Source: Pocillopora damicornis (Eukaryota). From it: DNA of 64,000 nt. Positions 1 through 12,600 of the stretch are shown here, one piece after another (the first letter of the stretch is position 1; each line of letters opens with the position of its first letter). The stretch lies in the NCBI RefSeq assembly GCF_003704095.1, contig NW_020846644.1:1-64000 (forward strand), written 5' to 3'. The position numbers and the translations under genes are program-made. Below the pieces are notes generated by a model. The model was given only the letters and a program-made list of their open reading frames with translations. It did no database searches and had not been told where the DNA came from.

Positions 1-1037
1 CGTTAACACATCCAAAAACCCAGATTTTCTTTATGAAAGTTATGGGAAATTTGACCTTAATGACATGGATGACTGTGAGTGTTTATCCGAGTTTTGCTTT
101 CGTAAGAGTGACCTTCCCGTCCTTTCTGAGGCTCTACATCTTCCTAACTACTTTACAGGTCAACAAGGAGCAATATGCGATGGCATTGAAAGGTTGTGTA
201 TCACATTTTGAAGGTTTGCGTACCCGTGTAGACTCAGTGATTTAATGCCCAGTTCCAGAGCTAAGTATGATTTCCAGCCTTGCGGTGGATACAATTTATT
301 GGGAACATAATCGCAGAATGATACACTCCCAAACCCAGCACTTCTAGCAACGTACACTCATGGAATTGAGCAAAACGGTAGTCCATTGCACAACTGTTTC
401 GGTTTTATAGACGGAACATTACAGGCCAATTTGTCGACCCGGCCTATACCAGAAGATTGTGTACAATGGGCATAAGATAGTGCATGGTCTAAAATATCAA
501 TATGTGGCACCACCCAATGGTATGATGGCCAACATGTATGGCCTAGTAGGTAATTTTATAATTGAAGTAATAAATCTGTTTGGTTGAATTGTAAAATTTC
601 ATCCCAACCATAAACTACAATATCACTTATTTTGTCCTCATTTTAGAGGGCAGAAGGCATGATTCAGCCATGTTGGCCGATACTGGTCTTCTTGATGAAC
701 TCGAGCAACATGCGTTCTTAACAACAAGAGAAAACCAATGGCTCTATATGGCGACCCGGCCTATCCTCTGCGTGTTCACCTCCAGGTACCTTACAGAGGT
801 GCTGGAATTACACCACAGATGGAGCTATACAACAAAGCCATGAGTTCTGTTCGCATGTGTGTCGAGTGGCTTTTCGGGGACATTGTAAATTATTTTAAAT
901 TTTAAAACTTTAGAAAAATTTGAAGATCTCACTTAGTGCAGTTGGCAAAATGTACATTGTGGCTGCCATTCTGGGAAATACTTTAACCTGTATGTACATC
1001 AACTCAACTTCAGAGTATTTTGCTCTAAACCCTCTCA
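1..1037 (+). mobile_element. PIF/Harbinger-group (HARBI1-like DDE) transposase pseudogene, partial
   Basis: Frameshifted translation gives GSPLHNCFGFIDGT, VYNGHK..HGLKYQ, PNGMMANMYG, then an intron (about 549-647), then EGRRHDSAMLADTGLL, YGDPAYPL and AMSSVRMCVEWLFGDI. Multiple stops and frameshifts. Closely similar to the inverted copy at about 7810-7975. Confidence 0.85.
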
Positions 1038-1205
1038 CTATTCACGGTTATGTTGCTTGATTAGGAACACAAAACGCCCAGTATCTGTAACATTAAGTCT
1101 TAAATCAAGTTTATGTGAATCAAAAAGTCTGAACATGAAGCTGATATAACATGGGGAACCTAACAATAAAATAAAAGCAAGTGTACAAAACAAAATCAAG
1201 AAACA

Positions 1206-1305
1206 NNNNNNNNNNNNNNNNNNNNNNNNNNNNNNNNNNNNNNNNNNNNNNNNNNNNNNNNNNNNNNNNNNNNNNNNNNNNNNNNNNNNNNNNNNNNNNN
1301 NNNNN
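1206..1305. other. Assembly gap (100 N)
   Basis: Run of N. Confidence 1.
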
Positions 1306-1468
1306 TCGTCACCATATTCCCACCAATGGCGTAGCTCCACTTTCTACATATAAATCCACTCACAACCCACAATTCCTCTAATCGCTCCGACGAAGGGCTA
1401 ACGCTCGAAACTTCAGCTTTTTTACCATTTACGTTTTCAACCTAGTTGTTAACACTAAATTACCTGCT
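1306..1468 (+). mobile_element. Penelope-like element terminal fragment with a degenerate minimal hammerhead motif
   Basis: Matches the 3' end of the Penelope copy at about 8950-9120 (cacaattcctc..cgct..gacgaagggctaacgctcgaaac..cagct...actaaattacc). Confidence 0.7.
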
Positions 1469-1469
1469 A

Positions 1470-1560
1470 CAGCTCTGTGTAGCTGTGTATAGCTGTATAT
1501 AGCTGTTTATAGCCCAGTATCGCTGTTTATAGCTCTGTATTGCGCTGTATAGCTGTATGT
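1470..1560. repeat. Degenerate ~10-bp tandem repeat (agctgtgtat-like)
   Basis: Repeated agct(g/c)t(g/t)tat units. Confidence 0.75.
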
Positions 1561-1594
1561 GTGTGGGATATTATATGTAAAGTATAGGACATTA

Positions 1595-2082
1595 AGAATT
1601 TAGATATATGAAAATTCACATATTTGCACTGCGGTGGAGAGATGAAATTAGAAGATCCTCGCAGCTAAGAACACTACTGAAACGAGTAGTTGTAAATAGG
1701 ACCTGAAAAAAATTCAGGCCCGTACGGGATTTTAACCCATGACCTCTGCGATACCGGTGCAGCGCTCTACCAATTGAGCTAACAAGCCAACTAGGAGCTG
1801 GTCAATGAATTGGGTACAAATAAACATCCAAGTGAATGAAGAATTAAGATATATGAAAATTCACATATTTGCACTGCGGTGAAGAGATGAAATTAGAAGA
1901 TCCTCGCAGCTAAGAACACTACTGAAACGAGTAGTGTAAATAGGACCTGAAAAAAATTCAGGCCCGTACGGGATTTGAACCCATGACCTCTGCGATACCG
2001 GTGCAGCGCTCTACCAATTGAGCCAACAAGCCAACTGGGAGCTGGTCAATGAATTGGGTACAAATAAACATCCAAGTGAGGA
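1595..2082 (-). mobile_element. Head-to-tail dimer of a 245-bp tRNA-containing (SINE-like) repeat with a 12-bp TSD
   Basis: Units start at 1594 and 1839 and are near-identical. The minus strand carries A-box TAGCTCAATTGG and B-box GGTTCAAATCC-like sequence. Flanked by tataggacatta at 1583-1594 and 2083-2094. Confidence 0.8.
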
Positions 2083-2222
2083 TATAGGACATTATATTTA
2101 TGTAAAGTACTGAACATAATATGTATTGTGGACATAGTAATTACCCATACATGACGTACCTGCCTAACTAATGTCGATTGATATTCCCACAATTCATCAA
2201 GGTAGTTGTCGTAGAACTGAAA

Positions 2223-4229
<2,007 letters not shown>

Positions 4230-6124
4230 CACGAGCAAGGTACTCAGCCAAGCCCAGCACTCAGATGTAAATGGATTTCACTGTCTACTGAAACTGACTG
4301 CTTTTCCTGTGAATTGTCTGTTGTTTTGTTCATTGTTGTGTCTGAAGCAACTTAAAGTAAACCACTTTTTTAATAATAATTTCTATATTACAGTATTCTA
4401 CCAAATGGAGAGGAGATCGGATGATTATGTGCTTTGTGAAATTACATTGAAGGCTTCCCACCTCTATTGCTTCTCATTTGTTTTAATTTGAGTTGTTTGG
4501 TGTTTTATAGGCTCTCAGTTTGATTGGTAAATCAAGTTTTATGTATGCTGCTCAGTAAATAAACTTGAGTCATTTCTTGTCATTTCATTGTCTATTAAAT
4601 AGTGGTGGAGGGGTAAATGAAAATTATGAGGAGGGGAGGGTTCAATTTAAGTGGCTCTTTTTTTTGTTTTATTTTGACAAAGGCTCTGCTGATGTAATGA
4701 AGTATTTAAGCTATCATGTCAATATACATGGGAAGTTATTTCTAATGGATTTAAAAAAAAAAAATTCTGCAAGACAAGTCAAATGTGCTAATTACTGGGG
4801 GTAAACTGATCAACAGTTTTGTATGAATGTAACGCCATGAATGTATAATTGAGCAGGTACGGTTTTCCCTTAAAAATCTGCTGTGTTGTTCTAAGGGTTG
4901 ATTTCAGTTGAGATTCCTGGTGTTTGAAACTAATGGAAGAATGTTCAGTAAATGAAGACTAACATACACCTAAAAGTGTACATCTATTTTGCCTTACCAT
5001 GTTCTATGATTGGTCTATAAACTGAGTACCACACACAACTGAATTCTCTGTTTGAGAATTGTCTTGCACCACAATCATGACTGAACGAAAAGCCAAAACA
5101 AACTTCTTTTCACCATTGATATCACTTCTCTTTATACTGTCATTCTCAATGATGAAGGTCTCCGGACCCTCAAACATTTTTTCGATAAACGCACTGTTAA
5201 GGAACCTAGCTCTGAAACACTACTCTGTCAAGCCGAGCCAGTACTATCTCTCAGTCGCTTTTCATTCGGTGTCACCTACTACAAACAAATTAATGACGTA
5301 GCCATGGGTACTAAAATGAGACCCAGCTACGCCAATCTTTTTGTTGGGTTTATCGAACACCAATTCTCCATTCTTTACAACAGCCGCAAACCTGAACTCT
5401 GCGGTTGCTGCATTGACGACTGCATCGCTACTATCTCCTCTACCAGAGAAGAGCTCACTTAAATTATAACCGCCGTCAGTTCCTTTCACCCGGCTCTAAA
5501 ATATACCTGGGAATTTCCGACATTTCTTTAGCTTTTCTAGACGTCAAGATTTCGCTTGAAGACAACGGTCTATGCTCTAATGTTTACTACAAACCTACAG
5601 ATTCACACAGCTATTTGTTGTATTCATCTTCGCACCCATCACACGTTAAGAATTCCGTACCTTTCTCACAGTTTCTCAGACTTCGTCGTTAACGTAGTGA
5701 CGACTCTGATTTTTCGGAAAAGTCCGCCAGAGGCAATGAGCCAGTTTTTCGATGAGCGTGGCTTCCCTATTTCTGTCGTTCAAGCGGGCCACTACCAACA
5801 AACTGATCGACAGTCAGCACCACAAACGCCCGAGAAGGAAAATACTGATTGCATTCCATTCACTCCCACATTTGACCCTCACAACCCCGCAGTTAAATCT
5901 ATCATTCTTAAAAACTTTAAATTACTTCTAAACAATTCAATACTATCACTTCGCAACCTCCTCTAATTTCATTCAAAAGTAACAAAATATTGGTAACCTT
6001 TTGGTCAGAAGTTATTTCAAACCAATGACCAACCTAGAAATTTCAAATGCACTCGCTCCCAATGCAAAACTTGCCCTTTCATTCATAACGTAGAGAAAAT
6101 GTCGGGACCCAAGAGATCCATTAA

Positions 6125-6327
6125 CCCTGTAACTCCCATGAGTGACCAAGACAGAATTTCTCCTTACGATATTAATACAATATCGACCAGTCAAGTGATG
6201 AGAATAAAGAAAACTATCGATTTGGGGATAATTAGTTGATCCAATACAAAATTCTAGTAACTAGCATCATAAGAATTGTATGGTTCACAGTAAGGAGAAG
6301 TACAAATTTGGTCTGGGAGTTAAAGGA
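6125..6327. mobile_element. piggyBac-like MITE (TTAA target)
   Basis: TTAA|ccctgtaactccc...gggagttaaagga|TCAA. Removing it restores the Penelope peptide PKRSIKITDHF. Confidence 0.8.
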
Positions 6328-6365
6328 TCAAGATCACTGATCACTTCACTTGCACCTCCGCCATT

Positions 6366-8176
6366 AGGGAACTACTTAAGATACCAGGACGGAAGCTAGA
6401 ATGGCGACGGCAATAGAAGAGTAAGACTGGGATGAGTCCCGTCGTGCCCGCCAAAAACAAAATACCTAGGCGGGTAGTAGTAGGGACCTTAAGATCCGAG
6501 GACGGCGGATGTCTACGACGGCGGGCGGAAGTTTGAATGCGTGTTTACCTACTTTCGGTAGCTGTTCCCCGTAAATTCCAGCCGTAGCTGTGTTGTCTGC
6601 GACGTCAAAACAACTATTTTGCCGTTTCGTACAAAACGTGAGTTGATTACAGAGTTTTTATAAAATATCTTTTAAAATTTTCGAATATTTTGCGCATTAT
6701 GGAGTCAAAAATATTTTTAATTCGTTTGCCTACTCTTCTGTGACCTAATTTTCGAGAAAAAACATGTTTTTTTCCTTTTCCACTAAACAGGTCATGGTTG
6801 CAGCCGACACGAGTGCCAAGAAGATTGCTCAGTAAGTTCTCTTATTCTCTTTTCTTCACGTTATTAGCAATGAATGTGGTGAAACTCAACACAAATTACG
6901 CTTCCCCGCTTATAATTGATAACCTCTCTGAAAGTGAAAGTGCCTTGCATATTTGGTGAACAGAAAAGGGTTTTTTCTGCAGTAAAAAAAAAAAAAAGAC
7001 AAACAACATGCAACACAAACAAAAAGAAAATAAGCGTTAACATTTGACTTTTATCTTTAGAACCAACATGGAGTGGACTGAACAACATGACAATATTCTT
7101 TGTCAGGAGATTCTCGTTCTTGAACCATTCAAGGCAAAGAAAGGAAGCATTGCAAGGGGCCAAATTTGGGATAAAATAGCGAACAATCTGAACAGCCTTC
7201 AACATCCCCAACTCAGAGTGACGAAGCGATCTGTTAGAGAACGATGAACTCCTTTGAGCGACAAATTTAGAACAAAGATGCGAGATGAAGAAAAGGCAAG
7301 TGGAATAGATACAGATTTGAGTGACGTTGAAAAAGCACTTGAGGAGATAGTAGAAAAAGAAGCTGTGGTTGAAGAAACAGCGCAAAATGACAAAAAGAAA
7401 GTCGATAGTGCCAAAGCAGCGGAAATGAGATACAGAGCTCTAGAGAACCTTGGCGGGACACAGAAAAGACAAAGAAAAGATGAGTTAGAGAATGAAACAG
7501 CAGCAAGAGCAAAACGTCGAAGAAGTGGCAGTGACATGGTGGCATATTTGCGAGAAAAGAACGATCTCATGTAGAAATGGAAAATGGAAGAAATGCAGCT
7601 ATAGAAGCAGCGATTAGAGGCTGAAAGTAAGAAGGAGGAGCAGTCCAAAGAGCAACAGGATTTGATGCAGGTCATGCAGCAGCAAACTAAACAGCAACAA
7701 GAACAAATGCAAAAATTTCAGAAGATGTTCACGCTAATGCAGCAGCAGCAGTCTCAAATTATCATAAAACCTCTAGTAATCTAATAATTTACAATTAGTA
7801 AATTACAAGTGTAATTTCTGCACCTCTGTAAGGTACCTGGAGGTAAACACGCAGAGGATAGGCCGGGTCGCCATGGAGAGCCATTGGTTCTCTTGTTGTT
7901 GAGAAAGCATGTTGCTCGAGTTCATCAAGAAGACCAGAATCGGCCAACATGGCTGAATTATGCCTTCTGCCCTCAAAACTTTGCAGAAGAATGCTACGCA
8001 TCTCTCTAAAGGAAGCCATGACTGAAGTAATTTATGATAAAAATCGAAAATATATAAACAATGCCGCCCCCGCCTTCAACTTGGTCTCTTAAGGATTTTT
8101 CACGCCTTGCGACGGCAACCTCTTCCCAGTCCCCCCTCGTCGTAGACATCCGCCGTCCTCGGATCTTAAGTTCCCT
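6366..8176. mobile_element. Non-autonomous PIF/Harbinger-group element (ATT TSD) carrying a Myb/SANT-like pseudogene (+) and a deleted transposase (-)
   Basis: ATT TSD at 6363-6365 and 8177-8179. 39-bp TIR pair 6482-6520 / 8138-8176 with one mismatch, plus a second degenerate left TIR at 6366. SANT-like MEWTEQHD..WDKIANNLN with stops (7068-7790). Transposase remnant at 7795-8019. Confidence 0.88.
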
Positions 8177-8480
8177 ATTGTCATCTACTGCATAACTTGT
8201 ACTTATTGCAGAAACTCATACATTGGTGAAACACGAAGACGACTTGGTGACCGATTCCGAGAACACCCTCGCGACGTAGAAAGATGGACGCATCCAAACC
8301 AGTCGCTAGACCCCTTTATCTCCCTAATCATTCTAAGCAGCATATGGCTTTTTGCTGCCTTTCTCTGCATCAGACAGTTCGGGAAAGCCGCAAAGCTCTA
8401 GAAGAAAAACTTATCTTTCAAATCGGTACTCTTAGTCCCCACGTTATCAACGAGAGCTTTTCATTCAACTAGTTTATTTT

Positions 8481-8919
8481 GTAACGGCTAAGAATATATG
8501 AAAGTCATATATTTGAACTGCGGATAAAGACGTGAATGAAAGTGATCCTCGCAGTAATGTGCACTACTTGAGCAGTAGTGAAAATAAGAAAATGTACGGG
8601 ACTTGAATATTCACGTCTTTTCACTACTGTTCAAGTAGTGCATATTACTGCGAGGATCACTTTCATTCACGTCTTTATCCGCAGTTCAAATATATGACTT
8701 TCATATATTCTTAGCCGTTTATTCGTCACTTCACGGGTTTATTTGGAACCAATATAATGACGAGCTTCAAGGTGGCTTGTTAGCTCAGTTGGTAGAGCGC
8801 TGTACCGGTATCGCAGAGGTCATGGGTTCAAGTCCTACACGGGCCTCAATTTTTTTCAGGCCTTATTTTCACTACTGCTCAAGTAGTGCAAATTACTGCG
8901 AGGATCACTTTCATTCACG
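8481..8919. mobile_element. tRNA-containing repeat insertion with an inverted duplication and an 11-bp TSD
   Basis: TSD tagtttatttt at 8470-8480 and 8920-8930. ~102-bp inverted arms 8483-8584 / 8618-8719. tRNA-like A/B boxes at about 8774-8846. Confidence 0.8.
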
Positions 8920-9124
8920 TAGTTTATTTTTGTTTTATTTTTGGAATGTCACCACATTCCATGAACAGCATAGCTCGATTTTCTGCATATAGACCCACTC
9001 ACAACTCACAATTCCTCCAATCGCTCTAACGAAGGACTAACGCTCGAAACGTCAGCTTTTAAGCTCTTCACGATGGCCGATTATGCTATCAACTCAGTTG
9101 ATAATACTAAATTACCCTGTTTTA

Positions 9125-9157
<33 letters not shown>

Positions 9158-9698
9158 CAAACTTACCCTATTTAATCAAATGAGAGTTCAGTTGCATTGT
9201 TTAAACAGTCCAAGAGCTGAACATTCTCCACTTCTAAACTACTGCTTGAGCAATTCAAAGTCACTTAATTCATGCTTGTCCTTCTGATAACGAAAATCCC
9301 TTAAGACTTTAGGACGACGTCGCAAAACTTACTACAAAGCCAATAAACACGTCAGAAATTTGCGAATGGTAATCTGAGTTGTGCACTTAGATTTAGGTAG
9401 CCACTGGGGTGTATTCCTGAACCTTCCAAGTCTGTAACCTCCTAATATAACACAAAAGGGCCACGAAATCATAGTTTTCACCTCCATTTAACAGAGTGCG
9501 GTATGGAATAGAATTTTTAACCTTACTTCTATATAGCATCATTACAATGTCATTGCGACATAACATAATTTAGATTTAAAAAATGCCGGAAATCAAAATA
9601 ACTTTGTTCGTTGACAGTTTTCCTTCAAAAAAATCACTGCACTTGAAACAAATTTCAAAGAGAAGTATGGTTCACTCGAGAGTAAACGACATCCAACA

Positions 9699-12600
9699 TC
9701 ATCGCATTTGGGAAGCCACTTTGTCCATTGCTTCAAACAGAATATCTGCGTGACGTTGTGAAAAAGTCAATGTTGGTCTGAAGCGGATGCTTACTTCCCC
9801 ACTCCCACCTCCCATCTCCACACCTGACGGAAAGGAAAAACGAAACAATAGTTAAATTCTGATTGCAGTTTCTCTGTGAATAAAGACAATCAAATACAAA
9901 GAAATCTGAAACTTTCCTACTTAACAAAAATTTTAACAGTCTTAACTATCAGGACAACAGCCTCAGAAACTCAATAATTTTAAAGTGCCCAAGCTCCAGG
10001 ACAGGTTGGATCTGGTGCAGCACACTTCTAACGAATTTCGTTCAAATGTAAATTAAATTGATCATTTCCAAGTTCAAACCAAATATGCTAATCTACCCGC
10101 TGTCCAAATGTAAAGCTATCTCGAGGAAGCGTCCGCGTCTATGTGGATAACGTAAGTTTATCTTTACTTGCGAGAAATTCCCTTTGATTGAAGATGATAA
10201 TGGGACATAATATCACTAGAAACTCCATCAACAAAGGTACACAGCTGTAGGTCATGAGAAATTTCAACAATCCACGTCCAATTTCAACAATCCACGTCCA
10301 ATTTCAACAATCCACGTCCAATTTTACCCTTGTATCGAACTTTCAATTAATTTTTTTATTTTTGAGAGTATTTCGTCACGAATGTGTCAGCAGGATTTCT
10401 TAGTAGAGGGGTCCTAATATAACGTTTTTGTCAAATTTAGTGGGTTACCAGGTAGCTTTCTTCGAAAAAGTGGGAGTGAGGGAGGGCGGGAAAGTCAAAC
10501 GCACCCATAGAACCCTTTTCAAGCCGCCCCCTTCCGTGACTTGGATACAAACCATTGGCTTTCATCTTTGAAAGAAATTCTGCTCTAGTATCTGCATCGG
10601 CGCAATCGATTGCACAGAATGTTCCTACACCACGGGCACGAGAAAACAATCCCGGATATTTTTCCTAGAGTATAAAAAAATATTGTGTGAACAACCTCAT
10701 TACTACTCATTAAAATTCACCTGTAAGTAGTTACAAAAGGATATTAAATAAACATGTTAAGAAAATCTTAGAAAAACATCAGACTAGAGTTCTCCCCTAA
10801 GTGATAAAAAAAAGTTTGCTACCGCACATCGCCTCTCACTCCTCACTTTAATCACTATCAATCACGGAATAGATGGCGAGTAGCGAAACCAATGAGATTA
10901 CAGCATTTGTGATAGAATGCTAGTAGATTTATAGTATTGACTGTTTTATGATAAGCTGGATTATACACGCATTTTCATTGGTTTTTTACTCATGATCTAC
11001 TGAAGAACAGACAAATAGTTGACGTCGTCATTAACAACATTTCGCCTTTTTATCAAATAAAACAAGTAGATTCCATGTTGCCTTAGGTCTGTACATTCAC
11101 ATAAGACGTCAAAATCAGGTAAGAACAGCAATATCACCTTTTTGTTCTACCACCTTTTGACGTCATCTGTGATCTACGGTAGAACCCCGCAAACTCGAAC
11201 AAGATCCGGTTTCCTTGGATTTGATCCCAATTCCTCAGTCATTTACGATCAGCTGACACGAACTCGGTTAACTTTACCCTGAGAATTCGGCGGTCGATAA
11301 ACGTCAAAGATAGCTAATTGACACGTCTCAATCTTTAATCACACGAACGTGAGAACATGTGTGGGAAACGTAACACATTTGGCTAACCTTCCCAAACTAA
11401 ACGTTCTTATCAAAAAGCTGTTATAAACAAATTAAATGTACGAAAAGGACTAACAATTGCGCAGGAATGGTAAAACTTGAACATGATTCCTTATTAATTA
11501 TCAAAGGGATAATTGAAATTCAACCGGCAATCTCAGTCGAAAACTCAAATACCGCACTAACTCAAATCAATTTTTCGTTTCCCCGGTGAGAGTTCGAGTT
11601 AGCGGAGTTCTACTGAATTTTTGAACATACGCACGCCAATATGGACTCTATTAGTAAGTTAGCATGAATCCACTGGCTGTTCTATCACAGGAGCAAAAAT
11701 CTGATTGGCTACGCTACTCGCTATCCATTGGGCGACAGATAATAAAAGGAAATAGGCGGAAGTGGGCTCTGCCCTTATTTACTATCACGTGATAAAAATC
11801 GACCTCACAATCTTATCCTTGTGTATCACAAAAATTTGGAAAAACTATTTCCTCAAAGTAAATGATTTATAACAGCTTGTTTTATAACCCGCGCTCATAT
11901 TCACCTCCGAGCAACGCTTGCGGGACTTGCGCCCGATAATATTTTAACAGTTGCAGGAATCAATGAGTTAAAATCGTCTTTTTTCGCAGAATTATCTCAC
12001 TGTTTTAGTGTATACTAAAAACTATTCACCGGTGTCGGTGCAAGAAAATTAACGAAACTCTGAAGGGAGAATTACTACTTAGAATTTCGGAGTTAAAGGG
12101 TTAAAAATTTAAAACCAAGGGACGAAGTGCAATTGAACAATGAACTAAACCTTGAATACTTTTTTGTGTAAGATTCAAAACAATAGCATATTTACTCCTC
12201 TCTTACTTTGTCCAAAACGAACACTAGTCTATATAGTACTGACACTGTACGAACCACAGCACATCACCTAACACACAATGACTACATCACAACACACCAC
12301 ATCACATTAAAGATGTGATCACCTGCATGTGTTCCAAGCCATTCAACAAAACCCTGCCACTTTCTTGTACTCTTTGAAGTAAGCTTTCCTCTCGCACCAC
12401 TTTAACAACTTCTTTTAAAAGAACAAGTTTGCTTTGATCCCCCATCCACGTGTTAAAGATACGTAGTGGCTACGAAACAAATAATAGAAACTGTCGGATT
12501 ATGAAACAATTACCAAAAAACAAATGAAGTAGTTTTGAAGTTGCTAATTTTTTGGTGAGCTCAGCGCAAGCGCCGACTAGTATCTGACCACTTTCCACAC

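Larger units (their letters stand above)
5065..9172 (+). mobile_element. Decayed Penelope-like retroelement (RT + GIY-YIG) hosting three nested insertions
   Basis: RT remnants (FTIDITSLYT, VAMGTKM.PSYANLF, IDD, FLDV) and GIY-YIG remnants (HFTCTSA|IVIYCITC, YIGETRRRLGDRFREH). Terminal hammerhead-like motif at 9023-9056. The coding sequence rejoins across each nested insertion. Confidence 0.88.

Noticed and set aside
6864-7675. Minus-strand ORFs of 173, 158 and 92 aa
   Set aside because: They are antisense shadows of the transposon SANT-like gene and its intron.
8774-8846. Functional tRNA gene (also about 1717-1789 and 1961-2032)
   Set aside because: A and B boxes are present, but the stems pair poorly and each copy lies inside a TSD-flanked repeat, so they are treated as tRNA-derived.
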